Source: a virus. From it: DNA of 64,000 bases. Numbering within the stretch: position 1 is the first letter of the stretch; every line of letters starts with the position of its first letter. Position numbers and translations under genes: made by a program. The notes under the pieces were generated by a model that did not search any database, was not told the origin of the DNA, and was given only the letters and a program-made list of their open reading frames with translations. Positions 40,358 through 50,860 of the stretch are shown piece by piece. The stretch is from positions 32,001-96,000 of IMG/VR virus record IMGVR_UViG_3300034101_003783; one strand, given 5' to 3'.

Positions 40358-42258
40358 TGCCGTCACAAGATTTAGATTTTAGTTATAGTGAAGTTAAAAG
40401 TAAAATTAACGCAGCTAAAACCTACAATCAAGTTAAAGAAGATATCTCCAAACTATCAAAAAAAAAAGGAGACAACGAAGAAGTTAATTCAAAAAATAAT
40501 AGAAGATCAAAATCTGAAGCCAAAAAAGAAAAAAAAAGATCTCAAAAAAAACAAAAAACACAATTAGACCAATTAGTTGATATTGCTAGTTTGGCCAATA
40601 GAAAAGGATCTAATACTATTGAATATTTAAAAAAAGTTTTTGTTAGATCTTTGGCCAATTGTAAACCTAAATTAATTGAGATTTTATTAAAAGAATCTAT
40701 TAATACTATTGGTTGTAGTCAAGATCAAGAATATACCCCAGGTCAACCATTATATATTCCCGTTAGATCTATAGATTTATTATCTTTACTAAAAAAAAAT
40801 CCATCTGAAGATAAAAATAAAATACTATATGAAAAAAATTCGATAAGTGTAGGTGCAGTTCCTTTCGCAATGAATAAGGAATTATATAATAGAATACAGT
40901 CTTTAGGTACATCATTTTTTGCTCAATATGGCCAATATTATAAAGGTGGATCAGGTCAAGATCTTTTTGATATTGAATATGTTTTACAGGATGGGTCTGG
41001 TAATCCTGGTCAGTTTTTTAAAGTAACTTTACAGGCAAGATCATCAGGTATAAACAAAATATCAGAATCTTTAAAAGATTATTACTCCTCCATAGATGTT
41101 TTAGATTTTAATAATGTAATATCAATGCTTTTTGAAATACTTACAGGATTTTTATCAATACAATTTGGGTCTGGTAACCTAAAAATAGGAGACTTTTCTA
41201 AGTTTCAAATTATTCTACAAAGAATTTTAGGTTTATGTTTTGACTCAACAAAAGAAATTGATGTTGCCGGAACATCAAAGACATCAGAGTTAGATGAGGT
41301 TGATGAATCTTTTTTTGAATTTACAAGTGTTGATTTGTTTGAAATTGAGGAAAGAATAAACAATATATATCAAAGTGTTATTGTTTTTGAGGATTGTGAT
41401 AATATCAATATACCAGTTGATCCTGTTTTAATAACAGACGCTATTAATAATTTAATATTTGTATCAGGACAAACGATTGATAATGCAATAAATAACGCAT
41501 CATCTGCGGTTGTTAATCCATCAAACGACAATGGTTTTGGATTACAAATTAGTTTTGATTTAAGTCTATTAAAAAATATCCCTAAGGCTATATTATTTGC
41601 ATTATTTTCACCAAAAGTATTATTACCAATAATGGTTATGTTAAAATCTTTGGGGTCATCTATAGGTGATTTAGTAAAGTCTCTAATGGACTTCGCTAAA
41701 AAGTTTTTTAGATTAGTGAGTCAAATCATGTCACAAATAGGGGCAATTTTTGTTCAAGAACTCTTTAAACTTATCAAACAAGACATACAAAATTTAATCC
41801 AAGCGATTATTTTAGATGTAACAAAAGAAACCGCACAAACAAGACTTAGGATTATTTTAAGATTAATAGAGATTATATTAACTGTTGCTAGATTAATAAA
41901 AGATTGGCGTGAGTGTAAAGGTGTTGTTGATGAAATTTTACAATTATTAAAAATTGCGATAAGTGGATTTGGTGATACTGTACCTAAACCATTATTGGTT
42001 GCAACTAAATTACTTAGTGGATATTCTGCGTCAAGAGCATTTGTAAATTCTATTGAGGAGTATCAAAAAATAGGTTTACCTACGGGACCTATGCCAGATG
42101 GTAGTCCTAATTTGGGATTGGCTTCCTTATTTTCACAACTAAAGGCAAACAAAAAAGAAGAAGATGAAAATAGTAAAGTTGAGGGTATAACTGGATTTGG
42201 AACTTGGCTTCCTGGTGGTATAGTTTTACCTATGAACTTAAATGGAAAAAAAATATAA
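40357..42258 (+). CDS. Hypothetical (probable structural) protein
   Basis: 633 aa; upstream of the gp5-like gene. Confidence 0.6.
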   Translation: MPSQDLDFSYSEVKSKINAAKTYNQVKEDISKLSKKKGDNEEVNSKNNRRSKSEAKKEKKRSQKKQKTQLDQLVDIASLANRKGSNTIEYLKKVFVRSLANCKPKLIEILLKESINTIGCSQDQEYTPGQPLYIPVRSIDLLSLLKKNPSEDKNKILYEKNSISVGAVPFAMNKELYNRIQSLGTSFFAQYGQYYKGGSGQDLFDIEYVLQDGSGNPGQFFKVTLQARSSGINKISESLKDYYSSIDVLDFNNVISMLFEILTGFLSIQFGSGNLKIGDFSKFQIILQRILGLCFDSTKEIDVAGTSKTSELDEVDESFFEFTSVDLFEIEERINNIYQSVIVFEDCDNINIPVDPVLITDAINNLIFVSGQTIDNAINNASSAVVNPSNDNGFGLQISFDLSLLKNIPKAILFALFSPKVLLPIMVMLKSLGSSIGDLVKSLMDFAKKFFRLVSQIMSQIGAIFVQELFKLIKQDIQNLIQAIILDVTKETAQTRLRIILRLIEIILTVARLIKDWRECKGVVDEILQLLKIAISGFGDTVPKPLLVATKLLSGYSASRAFVNSIEEYQKIGLPTGPMPDGSPNLGLASLFSQLKANKKEEDENSKVEGITGFGTWLPGGIVLPMNLNGKKI

Positions 42259-42259
42259 T

Positions 42260-42469
42260 ATGGATATTAAAGAGGTTGAAAAAATTGCTGAGATAGTAAA
42301 AGACTATAAAAACAAATCAAATAAAGACTTAATTAAAAGTCTTGATTTTTTAAATAGTGAGTTTAATCAAACAAAAGAAAAACTAATAATGTTATCAAAA
42401 TATTTAGATAAAGTGGAAAACACTTATAATATAATTTTAAAAGAACACAATAGTAGAAATGGCGGGTAA
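42260..42469 (+). CDS. Hypothetical coiled-coil protein
   Basis: Small ORF between structural genes; probable start MDIKE. Confidence 0.5.
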   Translation: MDIKEVEKIAEIVKDYKNKSNKDLIKSLDFLNSEFNQTKEKLIMLSKYLDKVENTYNIILKEHNSRNGG

Positions 42470-43988
42470 TGAAAATCAAATAATATTTCCTGGCGTTGTT
42501 ATAGATAATAAAGACCCAATGGTTTTAGGTAGACTTAGAGTTAGACCTGAAGTAAAAGACTATGAAGGAGTTATAAGCACAATACAAAATTGGAATGAAG
42601 AGGTTGATCCATGGACACAAAGAGACCCATTCGTTTTTTTACCATTACTCCCTTTTTATATCAATCAAATTCCTGAAAAAAATGAACTTGTAAATATAAT
42701 TTATCAAGATAAAACTTTTGATAACTTAAATCAATATTATATTCAAGGACCATTTTCTTCGCCCCAATCAACAAATTATGAATTTTTTGAGTCTGCAAAA
42801 AAATTTACTGCTGCCGGTTCTAAAATAAAACAATCTTTGTCATTAAAAAATCAAAAAGGTGAATATAGAAATGTTAAAAGTTTTGGCGTATTTCCCGAAC
42901 CAGGGGATAATTCTATTTTAGGTAGAGGTACTGCGGATATTATAGTAAAAAAAGAAGAGGTTTTATTAAGAGCGGGTAAAACAAATAGTGTTTTTGATGT
43001 TAACAAATTCCCAATTGAAAATGACAATAGGGCCTTTTTACACTTAACTAACTATAATACAAAATCAGAAAACGGTGAAGAAAGGGAAGAACAAACTATT
43101 TTTGTTGAGAGTAAACCAATTAGAAAGGTAATAGATTGGGATATTATTAATCCTGATAATACAATGGATGCCTTTACAGGGACAATTTATCTCTATAACG
43201 TACCGTATAATCTTTCGCCAGCAACAAATGTGTCTTTAGAATCTAAAGACTTTAGCGTTGTTAGTAATGTATCACAAATAGTTGGTGCCCCTGAATATTA
43301 TATACAATTTATAGGTAAGACATTGAATGAGACTTATACTCTAATTAATGAATTTATAAAAGGAGTAAATGATGGTGTAATTAATATAAGTGGTTATACA
43401 ATACATAATGTTTATGATCAATTTCCATTTTATTTTAGACCAACTTTAAATACTTATGACAAATTAATTAATCTTACAGGTGCGACTCCTGTTGAGATTG
43501 ATAATGTTTCAAAAATAAGTAATAAAGTTAAATTAAATGCAAATGACACACAAACTGGATATAATTTAGTTTGGGATTATAATAAAACAACAAAACCAAT
43601 AAAAATTAATACTAGTACATATATTCCTATATTATATTCCACATCACCAATAACATATTCTACTATGGGGGCTGAAAAGGTTTTTATACTTTCACATGGT
43701 ACTGAAATTCCATCTAAAGGTAAAATTGATTTAACGTCAACTTTATATGGTATAAAAGAAGATAAATATACAAAAGAAATAATACCAAAAACAGACCCAA
43801 TGGTAAGAGGAGATGAGTTAATGAAACTAATTAATCTTATTGTTAAATTTTTAATCTCTCACGTTCATCCGTTTCATGGGTTGTCTCCAGTCCCTGTTGG
43901 GAGAGACGGGACAAGGACTTCAGAAATACTAGAACAATTATTAAATGCTCCAAATACAATATTAAATCAAAATATTAGAATTAATTGA
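42459..43988 (+). CDS. gp5/VgrG-like baseplate hub or spike protein
   Basis: N-terminal OB fold GVVIDNKDPMVLGRLRVR; C-terminal HVHP (HxH). Confidence 0.7.
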   Translation: MAGNENQIIFPGVVIDNKDPMVLGRLRVRPEVKDYEGVISTIQNWNEEVDPWTQRDPFVFLPLLPFYINQIPEKNELVNIIYQDKTFDNLNQYYIQGPFSSPQSTNYEFFESAKKFTAAGSKIKQSLSLKNQKGEYRNVKSFGVFPEPGDNSILGRGTADIIVKKEEVLLRAGKTNSVFDVNKFPIENDNRAFLHLTNYNTKSENGEEREEQTIFVESKPIRKVIDWDIINPDNTMDAFTGTIYLYNVPYNLSPATNVSLESKDFSVVSNVSQIVGAPEYYIQFIGKTLNETYTLINEFIKGVNDGVINISGYTIHNVYDQFPFYFRPTLNTYDKLINLTGATPVEIDNVSKISNKVKLNANDTQTGYNLVWDYNKTTKPIKINTSTYIPILYSTSPITYSTMGAEKVFILSHGTEIPSKGKIDLTSTLYGIKEDKYTKEIIPKTDPMVRGDELMKLINLIVKFLISHVHPFHGLSPVPVGRDGTRTSEILEQLLNAPNTILNQNIRIN

Positions 43989-44008
43989 TATTTATTATAA
44001 AAAAGTAA

Positions 44009-45466
44009 ATGTCAATTAATAATTCATATTTTAGTAGGAACAATACCTTAATTTCAAATAGTTTAACAAATACAGGTAGAAACCCTGTAGTTGAGCTATT
44101 TTATGGTAATGATACTTTATTAAACCCAAAAGGATTTAGTAGATTTATTTTTGATCTTGATTTAACTCTTTTAAAAGAAAAATATAATAACGGTTTTATA
44201 AATCCTTTATGTGTAAATGTTAAACATACTTTACGCATGACAAATACGTGTTTTTTTAATAAAGATTTTTTAAATGAAAAAACATCTCAAGGAAGGTTAA
44301 GAGCCACTTCTTTTGATTTAATATTATTTAGAATTCCATATGTTGATTTAGATCCTAATAAACCACAAAAATGGGATGAAGGTGTTGGTTATGACTATGC
44401 CGACATTATGTCCTCAGTACCAAACGATAAAAATTTTTCAGATAGACCATCTAATTGGTATCAAACAACAACAATAGATTTTTGGGAAGAGCCTGGAATT
44501 TATAATAATTTAAATACAGGATTAACCCCTTATTCTGCTTTAACCATAATTGATCAACAACATTTTGAATTTGGGGATGAGGATATTGAATTTGATATGA
44601 CCGAAGAGATCAACTCATTATTGAAAGGGGATTTAATTAATCCTGTTGGTTGGGGGGTTGCGTTTTTACCTCAAGTTGAAAATTTATCGGGGACTACAGG
44701 GATGTATTCTGTAGGTTTCTTTTCAAGACACACTCAGACTTTTTATGAACCATTTTTAGAAACATCTTATAATGATCTAATAGAAGATGATAGAAATAAT
44801 TTTACACTAGGTAAAACTAACAAATTGTATTTATACATTTATCAAGACGGAGATTTCCAAAACTTAGACGAATTACCAAAAGTAACAATTTCAGATTCTT
44901 CTGGAGATCCCATACAAGGGTTAATTAATATTCAGTCATGTCAAAAAACAAAAGGAGTTTATGAAGTTATAATACCACCATTAATTGGATATAAAACTCC
45001 TTGTATATTTAATGACACATGGTCAAATATTAAATTAAATGGTTTTAATTTACCAGATGTGTATAATGATTTTACAATATACCCAATACAAAAATCTATA
45101 CAAATAGGAACATCAACAAACTCACCATCTGTTTATGGGTTTGATTATTATGGTATTAAACAAGATGAAATGATATTAAACACTGATGTTAGAAAAGTTG
45201 GGGTTATTGTAAAACAGGCTTACACAACAAATAAACAACTACCTAATGTTGATGTTTATTATCGTATTTATGTAAGGGAAGGAACGACAGAAGTTCAAGT
45301 TCAAGATTGGACAAAAATAAATAGAACACCAAACGAGTATTATTTCATATTCGATACAAGAGATAAAATACCAAATGAATATTTTATCGATATAAAAGTA
45401 ATTTCATCTGGTGAGATAAATTCTTATAAGAAACAGATTAAGTTTCAAATAGTTAATAAAAAATAA
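44009..45466 (+). CDS. Putative virion structural protein
   Basis: WDEGVGYD motif, Ig-like C-terminus; late motif upstream. Confidence 0.55.
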   Translation: MSINNSYFSRNNTLISNSLTNTGRNPVVELFYGNDTLLNPKGFSRFIFDLDLTLLKEKYNNGFINPLCVNVKHTLRMTNTCFFNKDFLNEKTSQGRLRATSFDLILFRIPYVDLDPNKPQKWDEGVGYDYADIMSSVPNDKNFSDRPSNWYQTTTIDFWEEPGIYNNLNTGLTPYSALTIIDQQHFEFGDEDIEFDMTEEINSLLKGDLINPVGWGVAFLPQVENLSGTTGMYSVGFFSRHTQTFYEPFLETSYNDLIEDDRNNFTLGKTNKLYLYIYQDGDFQNLDELPKVTISDSSGDPIQGLINIQSCQKTKGVYEVIIPPLIGYKTPCIFNDTWSNIKLNGFNLPDVYNDFTIYPIQKSIQIGTSTNSPSVYGFDYYGIKQDEMILNTDVRKVGVIVKQAYTTNKQLPNVDVYYRIYVREGTTEVQVQDWTKINRTPNEYYFIFDTRDKIPNEYFIDIKVISSGEINSYKKQIKFQIVNKK

Positions 45467-45478
45467 AAATAATATAAA

Positions 45479-46090
45479 ATGGCAAATTATCTTATAAGAA
45501 GTTGTGATAATGTAACAGAATATGTTGTAGATCCAGGAATAAATGTTATTGCAATTGGGGAATTATATTTCTTTACGTTTACAGGTGAAACACTCCCAAT
45601 TTGTGGTACTGTAATATCTGAAGACTCAGGAAGTATAAACGAAGGATTAAATAGTGTAACACCGTACAATAATTGTTTAGAATGTCTACAAGATAATAAT
45701 TTTTCTTTTCTTGTGACAGGATGTACAATACCTACTGATGGTCCTGTTGTTGCAACTGACTTTACAGTATTTCCTTTAGGCCTTTATTATAGTTTATGTC
45801 CTCCTCCTGAATTTGAGTTTAACGAATGTCTGTGTTTTTACGTGTATGATATAGTATATGATGCGGATCCATTCTCATTTGAGAATTATGGACCTTTCAC
45901 TTCTTGTTTATGTGAATCACCGAGAAGTGCAAACACAGAAGTTGATATGTGTTTAGAAATATGTACTCCTGAAGGTAATACCGTTGTAAGCGTAAATCCA
46001 CCTCATCCAGAATGGACAGACGGCTATGGTACCCAAGTAACACAATTAAATATGATTACTTTAGGTGGTCAAAACGGATTAAATAATTAA
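45479..46090 (+). CDS. Cys-rich putative virion protein, paralog A
   Basis: Two Cys-containing modules plus a C-terminus identical to the next gene. Confidence 0.65.
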   Translation: MANYLIRSCDNVTEYVVDPGINVIAIGELYFFTFTGETLPICGTVISEDSGSINEGLNSVTPYNNCLECLQDNNFSFLVTGCTIPTDGPVVATDFTVFPLGLYYSLCPPPEFEFNECLCFYVYDIVYDADPFSFENYGPFTSCLCESPRSANTEVDMCLEICTPEGNTVVSVNPPHPEWTDGYGTQVTQLNMITLGGQNGLNN

Positions 46091-46496
46091 TGTTAATATT
46101 TATAATAAAAAAGGAAAATGGTAAAATATATTGTAGAAGGTTGTTCAGATGGTTTAGAGTATATAGTATCGGCATCCACAGTGCTATCACCCCTTCAGGT
46201 TATTGATTTTAACTTTGGAGAAGATACACCAATTTGTGGTACAGTTATATCTGAAACTGATCTTGAGCCCATACCGTTATACACTTATTTAAATTCTTAT
46301 ACTGGTTGTTTATCTTGTGAACCACCGAGAAGTGCAAACACAGAAGTTGATATGTGTTTAGAAATATGTACTCCTGAAGGTAATACCGTTGTAAGCGTAA
46401 ATCCACCTCATCCAGAATGGACAGACGGCTATGGTACCCAAGTAACACAATTAAATATGATTACTTTAGGTGGTCAAAACGGATTAAATAATTAAT
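45918..46496 (+). repeat. Exact 174-bp direct repeat (45918-46091 and 46323-46496)
   Basis: Identical sequence CACCGAGAAGTGC...GGATTAAATAATTAAT. Confidence 0.95.
46118..46495 (+). CDS. Cys-rich putative virion protein, paralog B
   Basis: One module plus the identical C-terminus. Confidence 0.65.
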   Translation: MVKYIVEGCSDGLEYIVSASTVLSPLQVIDFNFGEDTPICGTVISETDLEPIPLYTYLNSYTGCLSCEPPRSANTEVDMCLEICTPEGNTVVSVNPPHPEWTDGYGTQVTQLNMITLGGQNGLNN

Positions 46497-46497
46497 T

Positions 46498-46974
46498 ATG
46501 AATAGAATCACTTCAAGAGAAATAAATTCATTAGTAAGAAAGATTGTTAATGAATCACAAAGAGAAAACAAAAGATATATGTTTTTCTCAAATTTACAAC
46601 AGATGAGAAGACAATGTGATCTTCTTTTAGATTTAGATGAATCTATGGTTGAGGGCATTTTAGAGAATGGTCATGATTGGGCTCAAGATCATATCGCCGA
46701 AGCAAAAAACAATATGGATCAGGTATTTGATTTTATTATGAATGAATCAAAAAAAGAGGGTATGGAAATGTCTATGTCTGTTGATGATAAAGATATGATG
46801 ATGGAGGGTAGAAAAAAATCAGGAACAAAACTATGTGCAAGGGGAAAGGCGGCGGCAAAGGCTAAATATGACGTTTACCCAAGCGCATATGCCAATGGTT
46901 ATGCGGTACAAGTTTGTAAAGGTAAACAACCTGGTTTAGACGGTAAAAAACGTTGTTCTGGAGTTTATTGTTAA
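46498..46974 (+). CDS. Hypothetical protein with a C-terminal YPSAYA motif
   Basis: LCARGKAAAKAKYDVYPSAYANG; N-terminal LVRKIVNE. Confidence 0.6.
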   Translation: MNRITSREINSLVRKIVNESQRENKRYMFFSNLQQMRRQCDLLLDLDESMVEGILENGHDWAQDHIAEAKNNMDQVFDFIMNESKKEGMEMSMSVDDKDMMMEGRKKSGTKLCARGKAAAKAKYDVYPSAYANGYAVQVCKGKQPGLDGKKRCSGVYC

Positions 46975-46987
46975 AATATTATATTTG

Positions 46988-47019
46988 TTTGTTTTTATTT
47001 TTTATTTTACATATCTTTG
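46988..47019 (+). promoter_or_regulatory. Bacteroidetes-type primary sigma promoter (-33/-7)
   Basis: TTTG-N20-TATCTTTG matches the TTTG/TAnnTTTG consensus. Confidence 0.65.
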
Positions 47020-47035
47020 TAAAAAAAAGTAAATA

Positions 47036-47482
47036 ATGAAAAAAAGAATTATAAGATTTTTCCGTAGACTTAAATTAAAATTTTATTTGTGGGGTAGAAA
47101 AAAAAATAATGAAATTATACCAACCCATGAAGATACTCCAGTGTCTTACGAAAAAACATGTTTTCAAATATGTTTAAAAGTAATTAAACATCCCGACACT
47201 AAATTTATGATTGCTCCAATGTCTAATAAACGTTACATTGAAAATAAAAAAATGGATGTTTTTATTACTATGTACGACAAAAGAGTCGATTTAACAAATC
47301 ATGTTTATCACTATAATGTTTATTTAACTAATAGGGATTGGGAAAGGATCACTTATATTTTTGATAATGAAACGGAAAAAAGACGTTTAAATTACGAAAA
47401 CAATATCAATTCTCAAATTAAAAATTCATTACATAATGTTTTAGAAAGAATTTCTAATCTCGAAAATAATTCTATTGACTAA
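47036..47482 (+). CDS. Hypothetical protein (probably early)
   Basis: Follows the host-type promoter. Confidence 0.6.
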   Translation: MKKRIIRFFRRLKLKFYLWGRKKNNEIIPTHEDTPVSYEKTCFQICLKVIKHPDTKFMIAPMSNKRYIENKKMDVFITMYDKRVDLTNHVYHYNVYLTNRDWERITYIFDNETEKRRLNYENNINSQIKNSLHNVLERISNLENNSID

Positions 47483-48361
47483 ATTATCAATAGATTCTTT
47501 TTTAGGTTTGTAAGATGTCATTATAGGTTTTTGTCCTTTACCTGTTTGAGTATCTCTTTTTTCCGCTCTTCTTTTTTGTTGACATGCGGATCTTTTTTGT
47601 GAGTCTGACATTTTACCTGCAACACCAGCCGCTCTACATTTAGGATATGAGCCTTTATTTGTGTCAGGCCTACCACAAGGAGGGTGTTTACCATTTACCT
47701 TTCTACATATATCAACCCAAGGTCCTTTGGGTTGTGATGATCCTTTTGGTTTTTTCTTTTTACCAAACCAAACCGCCAAATCCTCACTTATTGTATGTGT
47801 ATCATATGTTTCTACATTATAAGACCCATCAGGATTTTTTTCATGAACACCCACAATTTTTTTTATATTATTCTTCATTGTTTTTTGTTTCTTTTTGTGA
47901 TTAAATTCTGTATCAACAAATTCAGTAAAAGGAGCCAGTTTACTGTCTTTCCATTTCATTAGGCCAAGTTCTAGTGGACCGTTATATAAACCTGCGGTAA
48001 TTGTTGTATCCGCTTCTTTAATTGGTACAATTTTTTTATTTCTACCCGGTGTTGGGTTAATTAAATTACCATCATCATCACTAAACGTCGATAACGGGTT
48101 ATTCCTCAAATAGTTGGTAGACTTTTTTGCTTTGGATTCTAATTTTTTAATTTGTTTTTTAGGGGTTCCCATATTATTATCGTAACTATCGTACTCTAAA
48201 AACGGACTATCATATTTTGAAACTTCAATAGTAAATGGGGTTAATTTATCTTTTTCAAACCTACGTATACCTTGTTGTAAGGGACCAATATAACTACCTC
48301 TACTTCCACTAGTTGAGGTTACTTCATTTATTATTTTATTTACTATGTTTTTAATATTCAT
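47441..48361 (-). CDS. Basic hypothetical protein with a Cys-containing domain; probable start 48361 (MNIKN)
   Basis: EDLAVWF, WVDIC, PCGR, YPKCR; the longer ORF would overlap the divergent gene. Confidence 0.6.
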   Translation of the reverse strand: MNIKNIVNKIINEVTSTSGSRGSYIGPLQQGIRRFEKDKLTPFTIEVSKYDSPFLEYDSYDNNMGTPKKQIKKLESKAKKSTNYLRNNPLSTFSDDDGNLINPTPGRNKKIVPIKEADTTITAGLYNGPLELGLMKWKDSKLAPFTEFVDTEFNHKKKQKTMKNNIKKIVGVHEKNPDGSYNVETYDTHTISEDLAVWFGKKKKPKGSSQPKGPWVDICRKVNGKHPPCGRPDTNKGSYPKCRAAGVAGKMSDSQKRSACQQKRRAEKRDTQTGKGQKPIMTSYKPKKESIDNLVNRIIFEIRNSF

Positions 48362-48389
48362 TATTATATAAATATAACATACAAGTATT

Positions 48390-48614
48390 ATGGAACAACA
48401 AAATGAATTATTTGGAAATCTTTTTGGTAGTATTAATATACTTTCAGAAGAACATTTAGAAGTGATCTTAACCACCATGGATAGAGAACATGCAATATAC
48501 TATTTAGTTGAGTCAGTAAAGGCAGCACACAACAGAGGATCTTTCTCTATTGGTGAAAGTGAAGTAATATCAAAATCAATTAGAATTTTATCTAGACAAG
48601 ATTCAGTAGAGTAA
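48390..48614 (+). CDS. Hypothetical protein
   Basis: 74-aa ORF filling a gap. Confidence 0.55.
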   Translation: MEQQNELFGNLFGSINILSEEHLEVILTTMDREHAIYYLVESVKAAHNRGSFSIGESEVISKSIRILSRQDSVE

Positions 48615-48620
48615 TAGTTA

Positions 48621-50714
48621 TTATCTAATAATTTTTTTCATAGTCCCGTCTTCATATACCTCAAATATAAATCCTTTTGTATCTGAATTAACTTCTTGCC
48701 CTATAAGGTTGATGTATTTAACAACTTTTTTAAATGATTTTGTATTATCTAAACCAATAGGTCCGTACATCTTATATTGACCATCATAGTCAACCTGTTT
48801 TAATCTATAGTAATGTATTACCAAATCATCAAAAGAATCTAAATAACTATAATTAATAACAACCGTACTATTACCTGAAGCCAATTTATTACCAACAACC
48901 TTCCATATCTCACCATCAATACTTCTCTCTATATCAAAGTAATCTGAGTTGTGTTCTGATGCGGTTGACCACTTAAGCGAGTTAAACGAAGGATATGGTG
49001 AACCCTCAAAGTATAATAACTCAACAGGAAGTCCTGTTGGTGGTGTTATTGTTAGTTTATAATCCTCAGCTTCACCGTAAAGTTGTGTACCACACGATAG
49101 TGGTGCAGGATCGCTAGCTTCAACTGATACTATTCTCATTCGAGTTTCTCCTAAAGTTGCTCCGCTTGGTACAGTTATATTTAAAGGGGATAGTGATGTA
49201 ATCCCATTAGTAGTGTTTAATGCACTACCCAAAGAATACTCTTCTCCTACTTCAAATACGTAATTTTGGTTCCAATCTATCCAAACTTTTGTATTTACTG
49301 TCCAATTACCATCTGTGTTTACTTTAACATTTAATTGATAAATCCCACCCTGTTCTACGTTAGTTGATTGTGTGGTAAAATCACTATATGCAGGATTACC
49401 AATACTTGTATTTGATATTGTACCAAACGTTACGGAAGTAATACCTGTAGGGTCATTATTGGTTATGTTATATGTACAATATGATAATGTTATTTGAATA
49501 GGTGTTGATATCCCACTATTTCCTGAACAAGTAACGGTAGATCTAAACCAAGTAGGTGATGTAATTGGTGGTGACGTTTGTGTTGCCGACGAGGTACCAA
49601 AAGTTGTCCATGTTGAATTATCTGGACTACTCTCCCACACATAAGTTACTCCTGTACCAGTTGTAGTGTTTTGTAGTGAGAGATTTACGGTTCCGTTTGG
49701 TGGTGATGTTAATGAAGAAGAAAGTGTGTTTCCTGGGTTTGGTGTTCCTGAACAAACGGGAATAACGGGCGGTGTCCAAGTATAAGTTAATCCTGAAGTT
49801 GGTTTTACAGTATTTGAAAGTGTTACAGTTGAACTGTTTAATGTTCCTGCGGTGGTTGATGACCAATTTGTTGTGGTTGTTCTATTATTAAAATCCGTAT
49901 TTAACGATCCTCTTAACCCAATTTGAAACGTTGTTGCAGTTGTACTTGTTGGTCCTTGTATATTATATACGATATTAATTGTGTTAGTAGTTTCATTTAA
50001 TCTTATCTGAAAATTATATAATTCACCAAACGCACCTGAAGTTGTATATCTTTGCCATCCTGTCCATTGAACCACTAATGTCCTATTAGGTGATGTACCT
50101 ATTGTTTGAAATCTAATACCAAATCCTGACCTTGAAAATCTTAAATGTCTATTACTCCCTGTTCCTGTAGCATTTGATGAAATTGTTATAGTCGTTGCGG
50201 TTTTAGAAATAACGGTTGGGATTACAGCGGTTGGGATGCCGTTTCCTTGTACCTTATCACCAACTGATATTAAGTTAATATCACCACCTGTAATCGTAAT
50301 AATAGGTGACCCGCTAGTTACTGTCATAATTAACGAACCACGACCAATTAAATCGGTTCCCATTGCGGATATTACATTATTTGACGTACCTGTTGATAGT
50401 GGTAAATAACTGTTAGTTGGTAAACCCCCTAATGTTATAAAACCATTGGTGTTTACCGCAAATTGGGTATATGTTGTGCCATTATAAATAAAGTTAAAAC
50501 CAATTGATTCTAAGGCGGATGAACTTACATCGTCAAAAAAACCGGTAGTTCCGTTAAAACTACTATTTGTCCAATTTGTAAAGTTATCGTAGTTACTACC
50601 CCCAACTATTGGTGTATAAGTTCCGGTTGATGTTCCAAACGTATAAGAACTTACTTGTGACCTAACAAAAAAACTTGTTAGTATAAGAAAAAAAATAAGT
50701 AGAGAATTTTTCAT
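48621..50714 (-). CDS. Secreted Bacteroidetes-type protein: signal peptide, GEVED domain, T9SS-like C-terminal region
   Basis: MKNSLLIFFLILTSFFVRSQ; VWIDWNQN...GEAEDY; LPVELLYF, WSTASEHNSDYFDIERS, YYRLKQVDYDG; ends YEDGTMKKIIR. Confidence 0.8.
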   Translation of the reverse strand: MKNSLLIFFLILTSFFVRSQVSSYTFGTSTGTYTPIVGGSNYDNFTNWTNSSFNGTTGFFDDVSSSALESIGFNFIYNGTTYTQFAVNTNGFITLGGLPTNSYLPLSTGTSNNVISAMGTDLIGRGSLIMTVTSGSPIITITGGDINLISVGDKVQGNGIPTAVIPTVISKTATTITISSNATGTGSNRHLRFSRSGFGIRFQTIGTSPNRTLVVQWTGWQRYTTSGAFGELYNFQIRLNETTNTINIVYNIQGPTSTTATTFQIGLRGSLNTDFNNRTTTTNWSSTTAGTLNSSTVTLSNTVKPTSGLTYTWTPPVIPVCSGTPNPGNTLSSSLTSPPNGTVNLSLQNTTTGTGVTYVWESSPDNSTWTTFGTSSATQTSPPITSPTWFRSTVTCSGNSGISTPIQITLSYCTYNITNNDPTGITSVTFGTISNTSIGNPAYSDFTTQSTNVEQGGIYQLNVKVNTDGNWTVNTKVWIDWNQNYVFEVGEEYSLGSALNTTNGITSLSPLNITVPSGATLGETRMRIVSVEASDPAPLSCGTQLYGEAEDYKLTITPPTGLPVELLYFEGSPYPSFNSLKWSTASEHNSDYFDIERSIDGEIWKVVGNKLASGNSTVVINYSYLDSFDDLVIHYYRLKQVDYDGQYKMYGPIGLDNTKSFKKVVKYINLIGQEVNSDTKGFIFEVYEDGTMKKIIR

Positions 50715-50810
50715 AGGTGATCATTTTTTAATAAATACTTATGAAATAATTTATTATCAACGTTTAAATTAAAAGTTTGAGCATAATGGTGATATGAATT
50801 ATCATATAAC

Positions 50811-50841
50811 AAAAAAAGGAGATAATTTCTTATCTCCTTTC
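50811..50841 (-). terminator. Terminator after the major capsid gene
   Basis: AAAGGAGATAA/TTATCTCCTTT stem with a U-tract on the minus strand. Confidence 0.8.
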
Positions 50842-50860
50842 TCTTATTCAGTTTAATTGA

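Noticed and set aside
45918-46496. Possible DGR template/variable repeat pair
   Set aside because: The copies are identical with no adenine-specific mismatches, both are coding, and no reverse transcriptase is in the window
48362-48478. N-terminal extension of ORF 47441-48478
   Set aside because: Overlaps the divergent gene; the ATG at 48361 follows the TATTTATA motif and is the better start
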